DNA of 64,000 bases from Tubulanus polymorphus (GCF_964204645.1 NC_134031.1:4154001-4218000), one strand, 5' to 3'; shown: positions 1-44,689, numbered from the stretch's first letter. Translations and numbers: made by a program. The notes: generated by a model not told the origin, from the letters alone.

Positions 1-3000
1 ATAAGACGTTTTCAAGATTAAGGTTTCCGATAATATCCGCTACACCCTAGCAATATCTGTCCCCGGCCGTGTTAATCAGGTTTTCGACGGATTTTATATC
101 GAAAAATGGATAAATCAGGTTTCAACCGCATTCGTCAAGGGTCGTGAATAATTAGAAAATCATGAGTGATGCTATGTGGGCGTGTTTCTAAACTATAAGC
201 TATTCTATACCAGGAACTCTAAAACGAACTGTAAATGTCATTGACTCTCTTCGTTTTAGAGTTCATGACTATACCAAGTAATCGAATGGTAACGCTTTCA
301 TGCGAGATAACTGAAACGAAGTTCATGTTATCGAATTAAGCTGGGAATATCTGGACCAAAATACCTACGTCACGAAGAACAACTAAAAAATGCATTAGTA
401 TGAAAATGATAAATATTTGTGCGCATATTTTTTCAGTCAATGGAACAAACGGGTATTAATGTTTGATCTTCAATAACACATTTGGCTTCATGAATTCCGA
501 CTTTTCTGCGAAATTTCTTGACACCGATGCATGAATTACGAGCCCATGCGGCTTCACGTCTTAGAGATGTAGGTGGAATCGTTAGGGCAAATATATTAAG
601 AACGAACACAATGATCGTACATTATGAAACGTCGTATGGTCCCGTATGAGACATATCTATCTCTGGCACGGGGAGAGACACTTTCTCGCGCGCACCAATC
701 ACCCTGACAACACGCTGCCATAGAGGAAACGTCTACCTGTTGATTACGCTGTCATTACGTTATTGTTCCATTCTCCTAACGCTGCATGCGGTGCAGTTCC
801 CAGGGCTGCAACCTTCGGAGGTTTGTCTCCTTCGTTACATTGTCTGGCGTTTTCGAAAGTTCAGTTTTATACGCGTAGGACCGACGAAAAATTTTGTGCC
901 GCCAGAAGTTATCGGAAGGCAGAATTTGCTTAATTATAACTCGCAAGAGTTATACGATTATTTCAGTAAAGGCGCCTTTTATCGGCGCACTAGCTCGCAT
1001 TCCGAAGGAGATAACTTTGCACGTTTGATGTTCTTGTCTATCCAACCGGACTGAGATATCGGGATCAAATGAAAAAACAACGGGAAAGTGATATAAAAAT
1101 AGCGCGCCGAAGTATAGCAGAGACAACTTGCCGAGTTCCCTTGGCAGTAGTTACGACAAATAACGGGAACGCGCTGGAAATTGGATTTGCCAAGTAAGTC
1201 TTTATTTCTCCTTTATACCAGAAAAATAGTGAACGAAATTAGATTGAATTTTTCAAAATTAGATAGAAGTGAAGTATGTAAGAAAAGACAATTGTCGTGT
1301 TCAAAACCAACGAATACTATATCCGTACGTAAATTGATACACTGTATTGACCGGTCTACGTTAGCGATTTATAATTCAACAACAACTCTTATTATTTATA
1401 CTCTTAAGAAGAGATGAAATGGTAATTGATGGGATATTGTCAGTCGTGTGTAGTGTTTCCCTGGGGGGTATTTTATCCTCTCAGTATAAGTAATGTAATA
1501 AAACCGCCAATGATGCTAACTATTGATCAGAACCGGCGCTTAACTCATATGTACTATGATTTGGACCGCCACTGTGTACGATCGGTTCTTCATTAACTTA
1601 AAAGCAATATATTCGCATCTCTTCTCGTGTGCCATTAACAGGGGCGTCACTGGGATTTTTTAAAGTGGGGGTTCACAAGCGGAACTGTATGCCATACTCA
1701 GCACCGTATCCGTTGAGCGCCGAAGGCAAATGAGCATTTATGAAACCTTGAAATTATCAACGATAGAACTCCTTACGAAATAATATCATTGATTATGTTA
1801 GATCTGCCAACTTGTGGATATTAAATCAAATTCATAATCAATCCTTCCTAAAAGTGTGGAGTGAAGATATGTCGCGGGCTAAGTTTCCTGAGGGTTGAAA
1901 CCCGAATGTATTTGAAATTGATACTTCATATTTCTCAAAACACTTATTCCTTTCTTATAAACTTTGTGCATAACAATTTCTGTGATGAGAATTTCAATTA
2001 CTTTAAACTAGAATCTCTCACGGGTATTTAACTCCATTCACCATTTACACGCATCGACGAATTGTTCATGGCCTATTCTAATTTGCATAAATTTACAACG
2101 CCGTGTGACGTAAAAGGCGTACATTTTTTTTGCCCTGCAATCACGTGAAAGCAGTGAATTCAACACGGGTTGTTTGAATATTGAATTCGTTTTTGAAAAA
2201 TATTGGATGAATATTCCCGACACGCGCCGCTTTGTAATGAAATACGGCCTGATTTGAATAAATTCATTTTCGATAAAATGCAATCACCGGTAAACTTGAC
2301 GAATGGGGAAACAAAGATTTGTTGATTCAGAAAAAAATTCCCAGGTTACTAGTAATGATTCATCCTTGTGTTGGCGTGAGCATCGGCGGGCGGCAACCAA
2401 ACCCTGGCAAGCGAGGATGGCGATGATTGAGTAGAGTTTACTATGGGTGTGTTCTTACAATAGGGATAGCTAACGTTTCCTTGATTTGATGACGTCCTCT
2501 AAATATTGGCTTTTGTTTTCCGTCGCTACGCGGAACATCCTAGTATTTATACGTATATTTTATTGCTACACGTGGGGGTACTTACATATGGATATATGAA
2601 GCTTCGTACTTCAAAGATATACACGCACCGCCTACGTAGATACTCTGTCGTTTGTTGAAAATATAAAATTGGATAGCTAAATAGGTATCTATATGAGTAA
2701 AATGAAAAAAAGCTCTAACTGTAGATACAATGATATCCCTTTCGACCTAAACAGTTAAAAACTAGAATAACATAAGGTTCAAATTAAAATGGTATTTATG
2801 ATCATAGAACCACCAAACTATGAAACTAGAATTTCAAAATATAGCCGCAAAGCAGCGATTAATGATTCGTTGTGCGGCCGCAACATGCATATTCGAAACG
2901 ATGAGTTAATTACATTGTCGGGATTCGAACCTGATGTAGTGACTGTCGCCACTACGTATGTTTGATCGTGAAAATAACTAGCTATAGAGGTTGACGTAGA

Positions 3001-4337
3001 TATAAAATGGAAGTAGATAGATGAACTTTCAGGTCAAATGTCTTCCGATGACTTCAATGACTAATACCAATCAAAAGCAATCAATATGATTCGACTTAAT
3101 TCAGCATTAATTGTGGGATTCGAACCTGGTGATTTTAAGACCTGTCGAAGGTTGTCGTGGTAGTACGATTTAGTTATCGAGAATACAGACGGGGAATATA
3201 TTCTTATCACAAGGTTTTATTCTTTTTTCTAGTCGATTTTCAGTAATAAAACGTTTCATTATTTTATCAAATGACTTCCGACTTGAATAACTTTTACATT
3301 TTGAATTGATTATTACCACTACACCAAGAATTTTATGGCACATGGGGATTCTCCAAAAGAACGGCAGTTCATAAGCAACGCGAAAATAACGCTAGGGTTG
3401 TATTGATTTTTTGTTTTATTTCATTTTGTTTCATTAATATTATATCAAATAACTTCCGACTTCAATGACATTTATCTCGGAGCCATCCTTTTTTTCATTG
3501 ACGCATAAACGACATCACTAACAACGCGTTCAAGCAAAAGTATACGGCATACATACTCATAGCAGTTCTACATTTGGGGCTGGTGTTCTCAGTAATTAAG
3601 TACAGAATATGACGGACAACAGCACATTCAAAGGGTCTACGCGTTCAGGGAGACTATTATATATCTGTCAGCGTTTAACGTCACGTTTGGTGAAAACTTG
3701 GTTGGACATATAATTCATAGACGCTCGCCGGCTGGAAAGGGGGGAAATAATAACATAGCATCATAATAATGATGATGATAACAATAGAATACAAGAGAAT
3801 ATATATATAGCATTTTCTTTAAAGTAGCAGAAAACCTTAATGATTAGGAGAATAACAATAGGATTTTTCTGTAAAGTAGCAGAAAATCAGAATATCAGAA
3901 TAGATGTAATACAGAAAATATGTGTACATTATTTATCGTGACCCGGAAACCGTCTGATCGACAGTTAGAACCCAATGTTTGTCAGTAGAGTATTTCAGCT
4001 AACTGACCATATGGAACTCGGGGATTATTCAATGTGAATACAATGTATTTTAAAAATTCTTATCGAGTAGAATCAGCTTTTGAATATTTGTTTCTGTCCG
4101 GTCGTGGATGTCATATTGAATGTTTCCATTGCGCGTTGTAATCATAATATCGGACTACGAGAATCAAATTGATTCATAAGGTGAACTGAAGTCTATCGGA
4201 CAATAACCTTCATACATATACGTCTTACATAGGCTGATGTGGGATTTCATATCGCAACTGATGTATTGATAGTTAGTTAACCCTTTGATTCCGTTAAACC
4301 GGAGATTTGACCAATATTACTTGAAATCCAAAGAAAG

Positions 4338-4466
4338 CTCACATCTGACGATGATCTCTAGGGTGAGATCTAAATGTCGTGTCTTATATATATTTTAGAT
4401 TGAATAAATAAATTCTTGCTTTTAAATTCTTTTAATCTGTAAATAGTGGGTTTTATCTTATTTTCC
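4338..4466 (+). ncRNA. Degenerate Penelope-type minimal hammerhead motif plus AT-rich tail
   Basis: ACAT-CTGACGA-T-GATCTC(tagggt)GAGATC-tAAAt-GTC-GTGT; tail shared with 25751-25800 and, on the minus strand, 20062-20108. Confidence 0.6.
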
Positions 4467-6985
4467 ATAGAAAGCGTTTGTATGGATCGTCATATTCACG
4501 CGCACGCGTACCAAAAAGATTGATGTTTTTGCTAGTCCCATGGGGATATCGGCGATGCTTTACACGAGAAAAAACGCTGCTGGTGGACGCAGTGCTCTCG
4601 GTTCGATCTTATGCCAAAAGGCGTTCCATCATCAACCTTTCTACTTTCGAATGATGCCTGGTATCATGTCCCTGTGATCTGCCCCTTGTTGATCCGGTTC
4701 TAACATATTCGTTCATCTGATGATGACATAAATGTATAGATATGATAGATATATAACAAATATAGACACTCCAAGTCTAATGGCTTTACCATGCATTTCG
4801 TTTCGTTATATCGTATATATTTCAAAAAACACCTAAACGTATTCCGACAATTATGGAAACACCTCGATGTTCTCACGCGTTCTTACGTCCCAGTTGGCTT
4901 CAATTACGCGTGGGATATCTAATGACTTATAACCTAAAACTTTTTTGCAAAGATTAATTGTTGTTTTATCCAATAGAAATCTAATGCAGACTCCTTCACA
5001 CGGCACTAACAAGCATTTTGTTATAGGCCTTTTTAGTTAGGGCATAGATTATCATATATATACATACATCGCATTTTTAACTGCCCTTTTTGGATTTGTC
5101 TGCCTCACCCCTGACATTAAATGCTCGGTACTACCCTGCAAAATGTGTCAAGTGCGTATTTCTATGGATACTACACCGAGAAATTGCTTTATCAAATTAT
5201 GTAGGGTTGTATAAGAGCATTGAGAAACTGACTTTCTCGAACTGACCCGATTTTCAATAAACGCTATATTTACTTTACTTTAAAAAGAAGTCACTTTGCA
5301 CGGATCATATGCAGAACGTTTTTCTCGAGTCTTTTTGAATCGAATGACGTTTTTCCCAATTTCCGATGCATGTTCATCTCATGAGAGTTCATCGCAGTCG
5401 TTTCAGAGCTTAACTTCACCTGGTACACGCGCATACATATATACATTGAAATTCGACTGATTACCTCGCCCCCGGGATACATGATATGACTTCTCAGGAT
5501 ACGACACACATAAGGAATGAATCGTCTCACCGCTCGGATAAACCAAACAACTTTAATTTCAATCAAGGCGACATCCTATATCACTGTACAGACCGATCGA
5601 GATTAATTCTAAATATCTGTGGATGGGCTAGCGATGAAATACAAGTACCTGGAAATATAGATTTTTAATATCGGTCGAGTGCGTCACGTGAATCTGTGAT
5701 GAGAACCAGTGATTTGATAGAATATGTTATGTAGTACAGTCATTTCGTTACTTTACCTGAGGCGCGCACAGAATTGATCGAGCAGCTGTGGCTATCAAAC
5801 GTATTGCAGCATCGAATAAAAACTATCGGAAAATATCCCGAAATTGAAGCATCGCTTCGGGCTGCTAAAAAAGGCGAGACAGCCATCCGCGGCAAAAACA
5901 AACAAAAAAAATGTTTTTTTTTCGATTCGAGTTTATAATTGAATTGATTACATCAATCAGTATGGGGCGTATTTAATTAGCTATCAAAACGACGTGGAAT
6001 GGGAGTGACTGCAATTTAGTAGTCATTCCGCTGACTCCAGAACTGCGAGCATGTACCCAGTAGGACTTCGCACCGAGTCTGTTCAGTTTAGCTTAGTTTT
6101 AATTTTGCTCAACAAAAAGACTTTCGGTTAGACTAAGTGCAGAGAAAATACAATACGTGTAAATAAATGTGTAGGATGGACTTGTCTATAAATTACACTT
6201 TATGGATTTAATTTAATTAACCCTTTTGCCTTTTGGGCACTGCTGGTATATATGGCGATAAGACAAAAGTTGGTTCTGGTTAAATCAGGGAAGTACTAAG
6301 GATACTTAGTCATTTCAATCCTCAAATGGTAATTGCTCTTGAAGTTCTATTTCATCACGGGTTCTGGGAATACATGTCTTTGAACCGAACGAGGTAAAAC
6401 TAAGGATGTTCCTTTAGGGCCAATCAGAGACGATGTTGGCGAAAAAAAGAACGCTTAAACTTCCGGTGAGATATTCTGGTTTCCGTACCGGTGATAGACG
6501 GAAGCGTGAAAAGCATATCATATGAGTTTTATGGACAAACCCGAAAATATTACCGATGATGTTATAAACTGTTAAGTTCGGAACTGGTTACGCATGTTTC
6601 AGTTTTAACGAAACAGGTTTAATACATCGAAGCCGCATTAGTTCATTTCCGGTCACGTGACGTTTGAGTGATGAGGTAACGCGATGATTCTGTTACAATG
6701 CGTCGTAATATTCTCCATTTCGATCTTGCGTGCCAATATAATAAACCCACCAGTTCCGTGAGTGGTTTATAGGGTTTAATAGATTTTCGCTACTTCTATA
6801 AGAAACGTGTGTTAATGCGGATCCTGTATTTAGGCTCGAACGGAATAACAAAAATGTGTCTGCCTATCGTTTGAATATTTTCCATATACACAAAAAGGGA
6901 AACCGACAAAAGATAATTTAAGTGAATTTGATTGATTGTTGCTTCTGAGTAGACTTTAGATCACTAAAACGGACTTATATTTCTG

Positions 6986-7095
6986 GTCCCGGTTTTTACA
7001 TACTGGTATTAGCTTTAACCCGGGGACTAACTCAATTGATAATGAATTGAATTAGCCCCCGCGTTAAAGGTAGTACCAGTCTATAAAACCAACCC
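6986..7095. mobile_element. Palindromic (foldback) MITE, Harbinger-like
   Basis: Arm GGTTTTTACATACTGGTATTAGCTTTAACCCGGGGACTAACTCAATT pairs with AATTGAATTAGCCCCCGCGTTAAAGGTAGTACCAGTCTATAAAACC; flanks CTG/CTA. Confidence 0.7.
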
Positions 7096-9753
7096 CTAGT
7101 TATCACGCTATAAAATGGCTATAACTCGATTTGAAGTTTATTCAAATAAGTCGAACAAGTTGACGAAATATTTAAAGGCGTTTGCGTTATGGATAAATGG
7201 ATTTGATCAGAATATATAATCACAGGGTCTGTATGGCTCTTGTGGCAGCAGTTAAGTCCTGCAAGTCAGAAGACTGGACGTCTATTTGTAGTCCATCCTG
7301 ATCTGTTCAGTATTGACCATAATGGACGAATATCATTGTAAAGCAAGCCGGGTTACATTGCGGATATTGTGAAACCTACTCCATCACAGGAACAAAACGT
7401 CGGGAACAACGAAACTAGCGCGACTGTCGTGTATTCATCTACTTCTTCATGCAAATTAACGAAATAAGAACCACTAAACACGAGAGAAAATCTGCGACGA
7501 ATCTAATCACGTACTTCTCCGCTGGCAATTTTCTCCTGCCGCGCTCGGTTACATACAAAGTCAAATCAATGTCAACTCCGAACCTTTCTCCCTCCAATAC
7601 CCCTCCCCCAACGACGCATAATAGATATCATGGAGAGGTATATTTTCTGTTGCGTATATTCTATTGCGTTACAGGAGAAATCGTAATACGAATCGAATTG
7701 GGGAAAGAAAATCTACGTTTGATTTTCTATTCGACATCACCGACGAAAATGTATAGTAAGCTTAGATTCCATTACGTCTTGTGGAGTAGAGGTTCGTCTG
7801 CTGAAAAAAGAATGAAAATAGATATTGTGATAGCCGAATGATTTACTATAGGGTTCATTTTAGAGTACACGCTTCTATACTGACAGAATCCGCTATAGCT
7901 TTCCTCGTAGAATTGCTCAGCGCATTTAAATAGAATTTCTAGCCACGACAATGATGGATGATGTGCCAAAGAGACTACTTTACTGCGACATCTAATTGTC
8001 TAATAGTGAGACAAATTACTTGTATCTACTGGCAATAACATAATGGCCAATTGCCGTCTTAAGACAGCTTTCACAGGTGATTTATTCTAAGCGTTAGTAC
8101 AACTGTCCTGCTTTCCCAATATACAGAAACCTACAATGATTTGAATCTCATAACGAAGAAGAAATAGAAATGCCGGGGTTTCCTGATTGGATCGTCAGGA
8201 AACCCTAATTATATCGTGAGGAATCCCAGAATAGCATTCTTTCTTTGAATTTTGACCTAGTTATCGGAATAGAAGCAGCGTTGTCTTCAGATGTTTTGGA
8301 TAATGGAAACTTCGTTTCTGATATGGATATCATTGATCGTTATTATGTGCAAGCCTCTTCCTAACAGCGAAATATACCGTATTGTCCATTCTCGTCCATT
8401 GATTTCATGACCAAAACAGCCTTACTGAATAAGTTAACAAAAAAGATGCCGAATCTATTTCTGCCGCGAATGTCCTGTTCGATGGCAATTCATTTTTTTG
8501 TAACAGCGAGGCGCTGTATATTTTGTCGGGAATACATTTGAATAGCCCTAATCAGCTGCCATAAGTAGCCTCTCTAAATGAGCGTTTTAGTGTTTAGAGC
8601 TTCCACAACACGCAAGCGGGAAGATCTACCCACGGATTCTTACAGTCGCTCTTTAAAGAAACGACTGTAACATATACCGCCTAAAAACGCCTGTATCACC
8701 GCGCTAGTTCTACTGTAGTCTTACAATGAATTGTGAACGCAATTGTGAACGCTATCGCCATCTAGTCCGATCTAATTTCGTCCCTTATACCTGGAACAAA
8801 TTAGATTTAGAAAGGGCCAAATCAATTCCGTGCGTTCACACGTGTTTTTGTTTTAAATCCACAGTCCAGCGAGATGCTGTGATTGACAGATGTTTAGATA
8901 ATAATTTATTTTTCATTAAACTTATAAGGAAATACAAGATATGATAGTGACAATAGTGAGTATAAGTAAAATGAAGGAAACAATGGAAGCCTCGTGGCTG
9001 TACAGGTCACTGCACCTTAAGCTATGTTTATCTTCATACTCATAGGGACTTACGTTCTAGAATTGAGAACGGACTTAATTTGGACCGTGCTAAATAACAT
9101 ATAGCGTAAAAGTTTCAATTGCTTCGCTTGATTCAGGATAGATCTACCATACGTCGTATATTCATTTATTGCTGGTGGTTGGTTAGTAAATTGCCAATGT
9201 TATCAATCAGATCTATCGCAAACAAATCGAGATATTTCTGCGATGCGAGGAATTTCATACGTTGCACGATATGATTCTGCGCCGGGTAAAACACATAGCT
9301 GATAATTCCGTCCCGGCATCGGGAGAATCCCAGCCAATGACCCGGGGGTAAGGATAGGCTATTTACGCGCAGGTAATTAGGAACACGCATCCGCTAACAA
9401 CCATTACGTTATCTGCAGGCAAAGCAACAAGCGAAATGACCAATATACTGTCACAGAAGGAAAAAATATGCAATCAAAATCGATGTCTTGCGGCAAATAG
9501 AAAACTGCTAACACATACAGGGCAAACATATGATTGGGACACTAATATACATAACAACTGTGTATGAACAATTTTTCATCTATTCAAAAAACTGGACCTC
9601 GAATATGCATGCATATATGATAATTCATACCTTATCTCGCTGTTTACATTAGTAGATATCGTAAAATGTTCTGCTGCGTTTCAAGGGCTTTTGGCGCGAG
9701 ACGCCCGAGGATTTAGGGAGGGGTCGTATACGCAAATATTTGACCTCTCAAAG

Positions 9754-10263
9754 ATTGGGCGATTGGGCCAGCTGCGGTGTTGTGGGAGAGCACTGGCTTA
9801 AAAAAGACATCCTGCCCCTAAGAAACGAATCACGTTCACACCCATCAGTGATCTTGAACCCACCACGCTAAAGCTGTTCCCCGAACCATTTGACCTCGCT
9901 ACTCGTTGGAGTCGTTAGCAGCCGACCAGAATCCAGTCGGGCCAATCACAGCGATTATGAAAAACGACATTACGTATGTATTTCCCGTGCAATGGACCAA
10001 TCAGCGACCATTTTAGCGAAAAAGGAAGTATTTCGCAAGTTGATGTATGACGTCATGCGCAAAAGTGCCAGTAATGATATCGCGCGTCGTGAGGCCAGGG
10101 TGCTGGTGGAAGCCAGTTCGGGAGCGATACCGGAACCTGGCAAACGAGGATAAACTTTCAGTGAAAGAAAAAGCCACGTTAGAATTGGCACCTCTGAGAT
10201 ACTACCACCTTCTAAACTTCTAGATACTCAGAACAGACTAAACCAATGACGGGGACTATAAAA
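9754..10263 (+). promoter_or_regulatory. Candidate promoter (CCAAT boxes + CRE + TATA), possibly for synaptotagmin
   Basis: ATTGG 9754 and 9762; CCAATCA 9942 and 9997; perfect CRE TGACGTCA 10048-10055; CCAAT 10243; TATAAAA 10257; strong donor GTAAGT at 10861 downstream. Confidence 0.45.
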
Positions 10264-11519
10264 AATGTCCATATGCCGCTCTCCTATCAAAAGCATTAAA
10301 ATGAAATGAGTTATAATCCCAGATATAACTAATATCATTTTAATGCTTCGCTTTTCGATATATACGGCAAAGCATTACACGTAATAACTTTCACTGGCGC
10401 GTGAGGTTTTCCAAGCAATGACTACAGAGCGTGATACAATCCTCAACCGTATTTCAATACATTCCATAACATCGCGAGAAGAAAATACACGCATGTTTAG
10501 AGTAATATTACGCTTTAAAGAGGATGATACTCGTTGCACAACACTTTTATTTAAGTACTTCATATACGACACAACATCCCAGCTGTCACTACTCATTAGT
10601 ACAGGTTTCTGTACATATTCATATTGACAAAAGTAGCCTACCCTTTCACGGCTTCGCTCTCATCGTTTCGCATATGTTTGGCAACACAGATAGATATAAC
10701 ATGCATCGCTAAATGAGGCAGGCAAGTATTTCCAAAAATGGACCCATCTCATTCGACTCGTCGCATGACTAGTTAGTTCATTCAGCTGGAAGGTCTTTAC
10801 GCAGACTTTTGCTTTCTGTGTCGCGGGGCCGCGGGAGAGAGACGGAGCGACTATGCGCGTGTAAGTGCCTGAGATCAGATTTGCTGAAAACAAGGACGCA
10901 CTCGGTAAACGATTGAGAAGGATTTTCAGCAGCTTCGAGTGTGTGTATTCGGAGAATGCCCTCGGGGGCGTCACATTCGGGAATTCGCACTCGATCACGT
11001 CTAATTCCGGTCAATTGAAACCTGCTGAAATTCAACTGTCGACGAATGTCAAATAATTGTATCACGTGTCGCACGTTGAATATCTCCACGTCTCGCTACG
11101 ATACAAACCACTCGATGGCTGTCACATGTTATGCTTTTTAGATTTTGTCGCCTGAAGGCTAGAGAAGACGCGGTATGTGTGGGCTTTAGACTGCGGGAAC
11201 GTGTGTAATACCATTGGGATCGTGGTTAGATTCGTTCATCACGACCTGGTCTGACACTTCATTTACCCGTTTTCACACAATCTCTGATTGTCCACATACA
11301 AAACTGGTGATTTACGTCACTCAGATTCTCAACGAGAAAGTATCGCCTGATTTATGTAGCTCTTGGTATGTTTGGTAAAGTTTGCCACATATTCCCAGCC
11401 AATGGATTCTAAGAGTGGTGGTGGATTAGATACCACTTGCTACCCAATGTTTGAGTCCTCAGACTGGTTTGATTAGTTGCGAGATGATTTGCGACGAAAT
11501 TCCGTTGCCAGATGTAATA

Positions 11520-11850
11520 GGGTACCGGCACCGCTACAACTGTGGCAATCGATGATTCGACGTATGGCAGGCGAGGATCCGCCAGGTTCGCTAGTATGAA
11601 GTTGGTCTTCTGCGTTTGATTTCTTCTGCATTTCATTTAGAATTGTGTGAACTTTTTTCTTAAATGAATAAATTTTGAATGAAAACTATACCAATATCTG
11701 AGTATGAAATGAACTTATTTTATATTAAGTGGGTGCTGTGATAATCATATGGATTCGGGAGCATAAAAATTCAGAGTTCAATGAAAATGAACTAATTTTG
11801 GCAATGTGCGACCTATTGCTCGTCACGCCATCTGGTGGGATAGCTGGTGT
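11520..11850 (+). repeat. Dispersed repeat, second copy at 25311-25580
   Basis: Shared blocks GGGTACC.GCACCGCTAC..TGTGGCAATC..CGTATGGCAGGCGAGGATCC and AAAATGAACT..TGCTCGTC.CG.CA.CTGGTGGGA.AGCTGGT. Confidence 0.8.
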
Positions 11851-14800
11851 TGATCTCTGTCCTGTGCAGTTTTACAGCTAGACACGATCTGTCAACGAAA
11901 AACGAAACCCTGTTATAAACTTGGGAGGGGCATTAAAACGTGCAAATGGCTTTCAGAACAATTAGAAGCAAGTGCAAGCATTAATTAATTTGCCATTTGT
12001 GTAGTAGTAATAAGTGGCACAATTCAAGTGCCTTCACTTAGTTTAGGACAAGTGGCACGAACCATGTGGAGAACAATCTCAACACTAGTCGCTCTTACAA
12101 TTAGCTGATGCGTGTATCTCAGCGCATACCTTAATGACTTTGAAGTGAAAATGTTGTGTGCGTGTAAATCATTTATGTAATCGTGAATGCTTTTATCTCC
12201 GGTTAGGTGTAAACTTCGAAAATTGATACATGCATGAATTCATAAATATAGCGTATAAAGCGTCCATGCTGTCAGCAGTGCAACATTATACCAGACCCTA
12301 TCAATAACTTTGGCCAAATAATGCCGTGATGTGTGGCGACCTTAAGCTCCATTTTGATATTTATCTGAAAATGAATTCTTTCGTATTGGAATAGAAATGC
12401 TGACTCCTAATGGCATGCCCTAGATACTGGTAGGAATTATCCGATAGTAAAGTGAATTTCCGCCCTCCTCCCACGCCGTATTTACTCAGCGGGCGTCATA
12501 TGCCTCGATGTTATTCGTTTCAAAAATAAAATGTCGTCAGGATCGAAAGCACTTCTTCGAAATCATTTCCAAGAGGTTGCCTGTATATTAAAATCATTGG
12601 TTAAACAGAAGCTCGCGGGTATATACGAGAAGCACGTTAAGCCAGACCTACTTGGATCAATATATTCCATCTAACAAGACACCGTTCACCACTTTACCGC
12701 GTGTTTTTCATCACATAATCAAATAAACGTATTTTATCAAAGCTTTGCACAGGATCTGATCAATACACCTTAGTGTTTTGGCACCATCGGATATTCACGA
12801 AGCATTTCACCGATGTTTTTTTAACGCATCGCACCACCTTCACCATAGCAGCTGCCTAGCGGCCATCTTAGCTGTTGGCGTATTAGTTTATATTCGATTG
12901 TGCAATAGGGTCGTGAATAGAAGTAAATTAGCTGTTATTGTTGGTTGACTGTGATTCTCACTGGCAGAAAGTCGGTTATACCTGATACCAGTAACCGTGT
13001 ACTGCGGTAATGCTTGTGTTTGCCGATGAAAGCAAGTGACGTTGATTACAATCGACTCGTGTTCGGCCCCTGGACAATATACGGTACTACTTTAGAACCA
13101 GTGGGGCTAGTCAATTCACCGGCGGGTGTAGGCAGGAATTAGCCAACTTAGTCTCAGTCCCCCACTATCTCCAATCAGAATTTCTTGAACGTGTTGGTTT
13201 GGCTCGGTACTGTCATGGCTACCACATATTTGGCCAATTTTGCGCGATGAAATTATTCAGACACCGATTCCAGACGATGTTTAAAAGTCTTCATTAATTT
13301 CTGTCTGTGAGAAGCATGTGAACCTTCTGAAGTGAGGTCATCGGTGCATGATGTTTAAAATCGACAATTAGAGATGTTGTCGATACCAAACATCATCAAA
13401 CATTCCATACTCCTACCTTTATACATATTATTCTGTGGTGCATCCGTTACAGGGAAAATGAAACTTTCTGATGATACAAGCTCGTGCTCATAAATGGAAT
13501 GTTTATTGTTTACCAGTTCATAATGTTGGAATATTCTCGTAAACTTGTCACAAACAGAAATTTCCCCCTGGCCATCATCTAATCACAATACTAATCCTTA
13601 AATGGGTACATGTCAAAAGTCAGGCTGAGGATTAATCTCCTAGTCTTTACTTTTATATCTAGTAGGATAATCCGACCGTTCACATAGTCGCATCTGGCAT
13701 GCGAGGTTAACATATCAGTCGTTGTGGACGTACGCGCTGATTTTCATGGAGGACTTACTGTTCTCAGAATTCTTAGAATTGTTCGTTAGCGGAACTTTTC
13801 AGATTGCAAATGCCTGTCACCGTGAAAGCTAGGGAAGATTTCCTCACCTAGCCTTGTCAGACTACTTTGTGCGCAAATGAGTTTCAAGGATTTTTTGGTA
13901 TAACTCGTGGCAAATACATTAGCATACGTCACTAGTTGTAGGAATAATTTGTCAAAACAAACGTTGTACACTAATCGTGTATAGATTAGCCCAATCAGTT
14001 CTTAGAAAAAACTATCAAAAGAGCAATGATTTGTTGAATATACTTTCATACATTTAAGCATTACGATGAGGACATATTGATTCAACAGTATCTAGATTTT
14101 ACAAAGATCTTATATATAACGTTTTGCTTCACCTTAGAGCCGCTATATCAGGATTATGGCGATGCGCGTCGACTGCGTCTTTTCAATATACGTTCGATGA
14201 ATTAAATATGTTCGTGTAACTCGATACACGAAAACGAATAATAACACTTTTATATAAATAATAGAGCGATACCATGAAACTGGTTACGTTACATTGAAGA
14301 TACCTAAGAAGATTAAGCATTTTTTCGTGGTATACGGGGAAGTCCATCGCCGCATCGACAGTTATTGCATTCGGAATACGCCGTGAAATAGATTATTAGC
14401 CGGATTTTCACACATATACATATACTCGCATCCTCATCTATATCTTTCATCGATAGAAAAAGCTTTTTCGTGAAATTCGCCGCTGTTGGTCGCGCTGAAT
14501 CTGCATTCGATGAACTGAACAGATTCATCAAAGTCGACGCCGACCCGGAGCGCTATTCATGGTTATGTCATAGCCATATTCATAATCTCGTCTTTCGTCT
14601 GTCCACTTTTCAATTAGATAATGTTGTGAAAGAAGTTACTTTCGTGTCTGGGCAAGTCGCAACGACTCTGATAATAAAAATCTTCACAGCGATGAATAAT
14701 TTATTGGGACAATGTTTAGAAACTTATATTTTGCTTTATAAAATTCAAATGAATGTATCTGTTACATGATATAGATCTTCTATTTCTTTTCTCTTTTAGA

Positions 14801-14974
14801 CGTAGTTTGCCGATATAACAAAATCTAGATAGTGAAGACATGGAACTGGTTTTTTAAACTGGTCGGGGTCGGCGCCTGCGTTCAAAATAACTAATTTGAC
14901 TGGTAGAATTCAGTTGTATATATATACCCTCGCAGCACCTGAACTAATAAGGTGCGATTGAACCGACTGAAAAC

Positions 14975-44689
<29,715 letters not shown>

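Noticed and set aside
2361-2425. Minus-strand GCCATCCTCGCTTGCC resembling the HDV-ribozyme P3/L3
   Set aside because: P3 does not pair and no P1/P2 pseudoknot could be built
4278-6230. TTAACCCTTT piggyBac-like ends
   Set aside because: Same orientation, no matching opposite end or transposase
8177-8670. Small palindromes (8177-8206, 8640-8670)
   Set aside because: Too short to assign; may be chance or MITE debris
1-9700. Short ORFs in the first 10 kb
   Set aside because: No domains, no consistent splice-phase chain; appears intergenic
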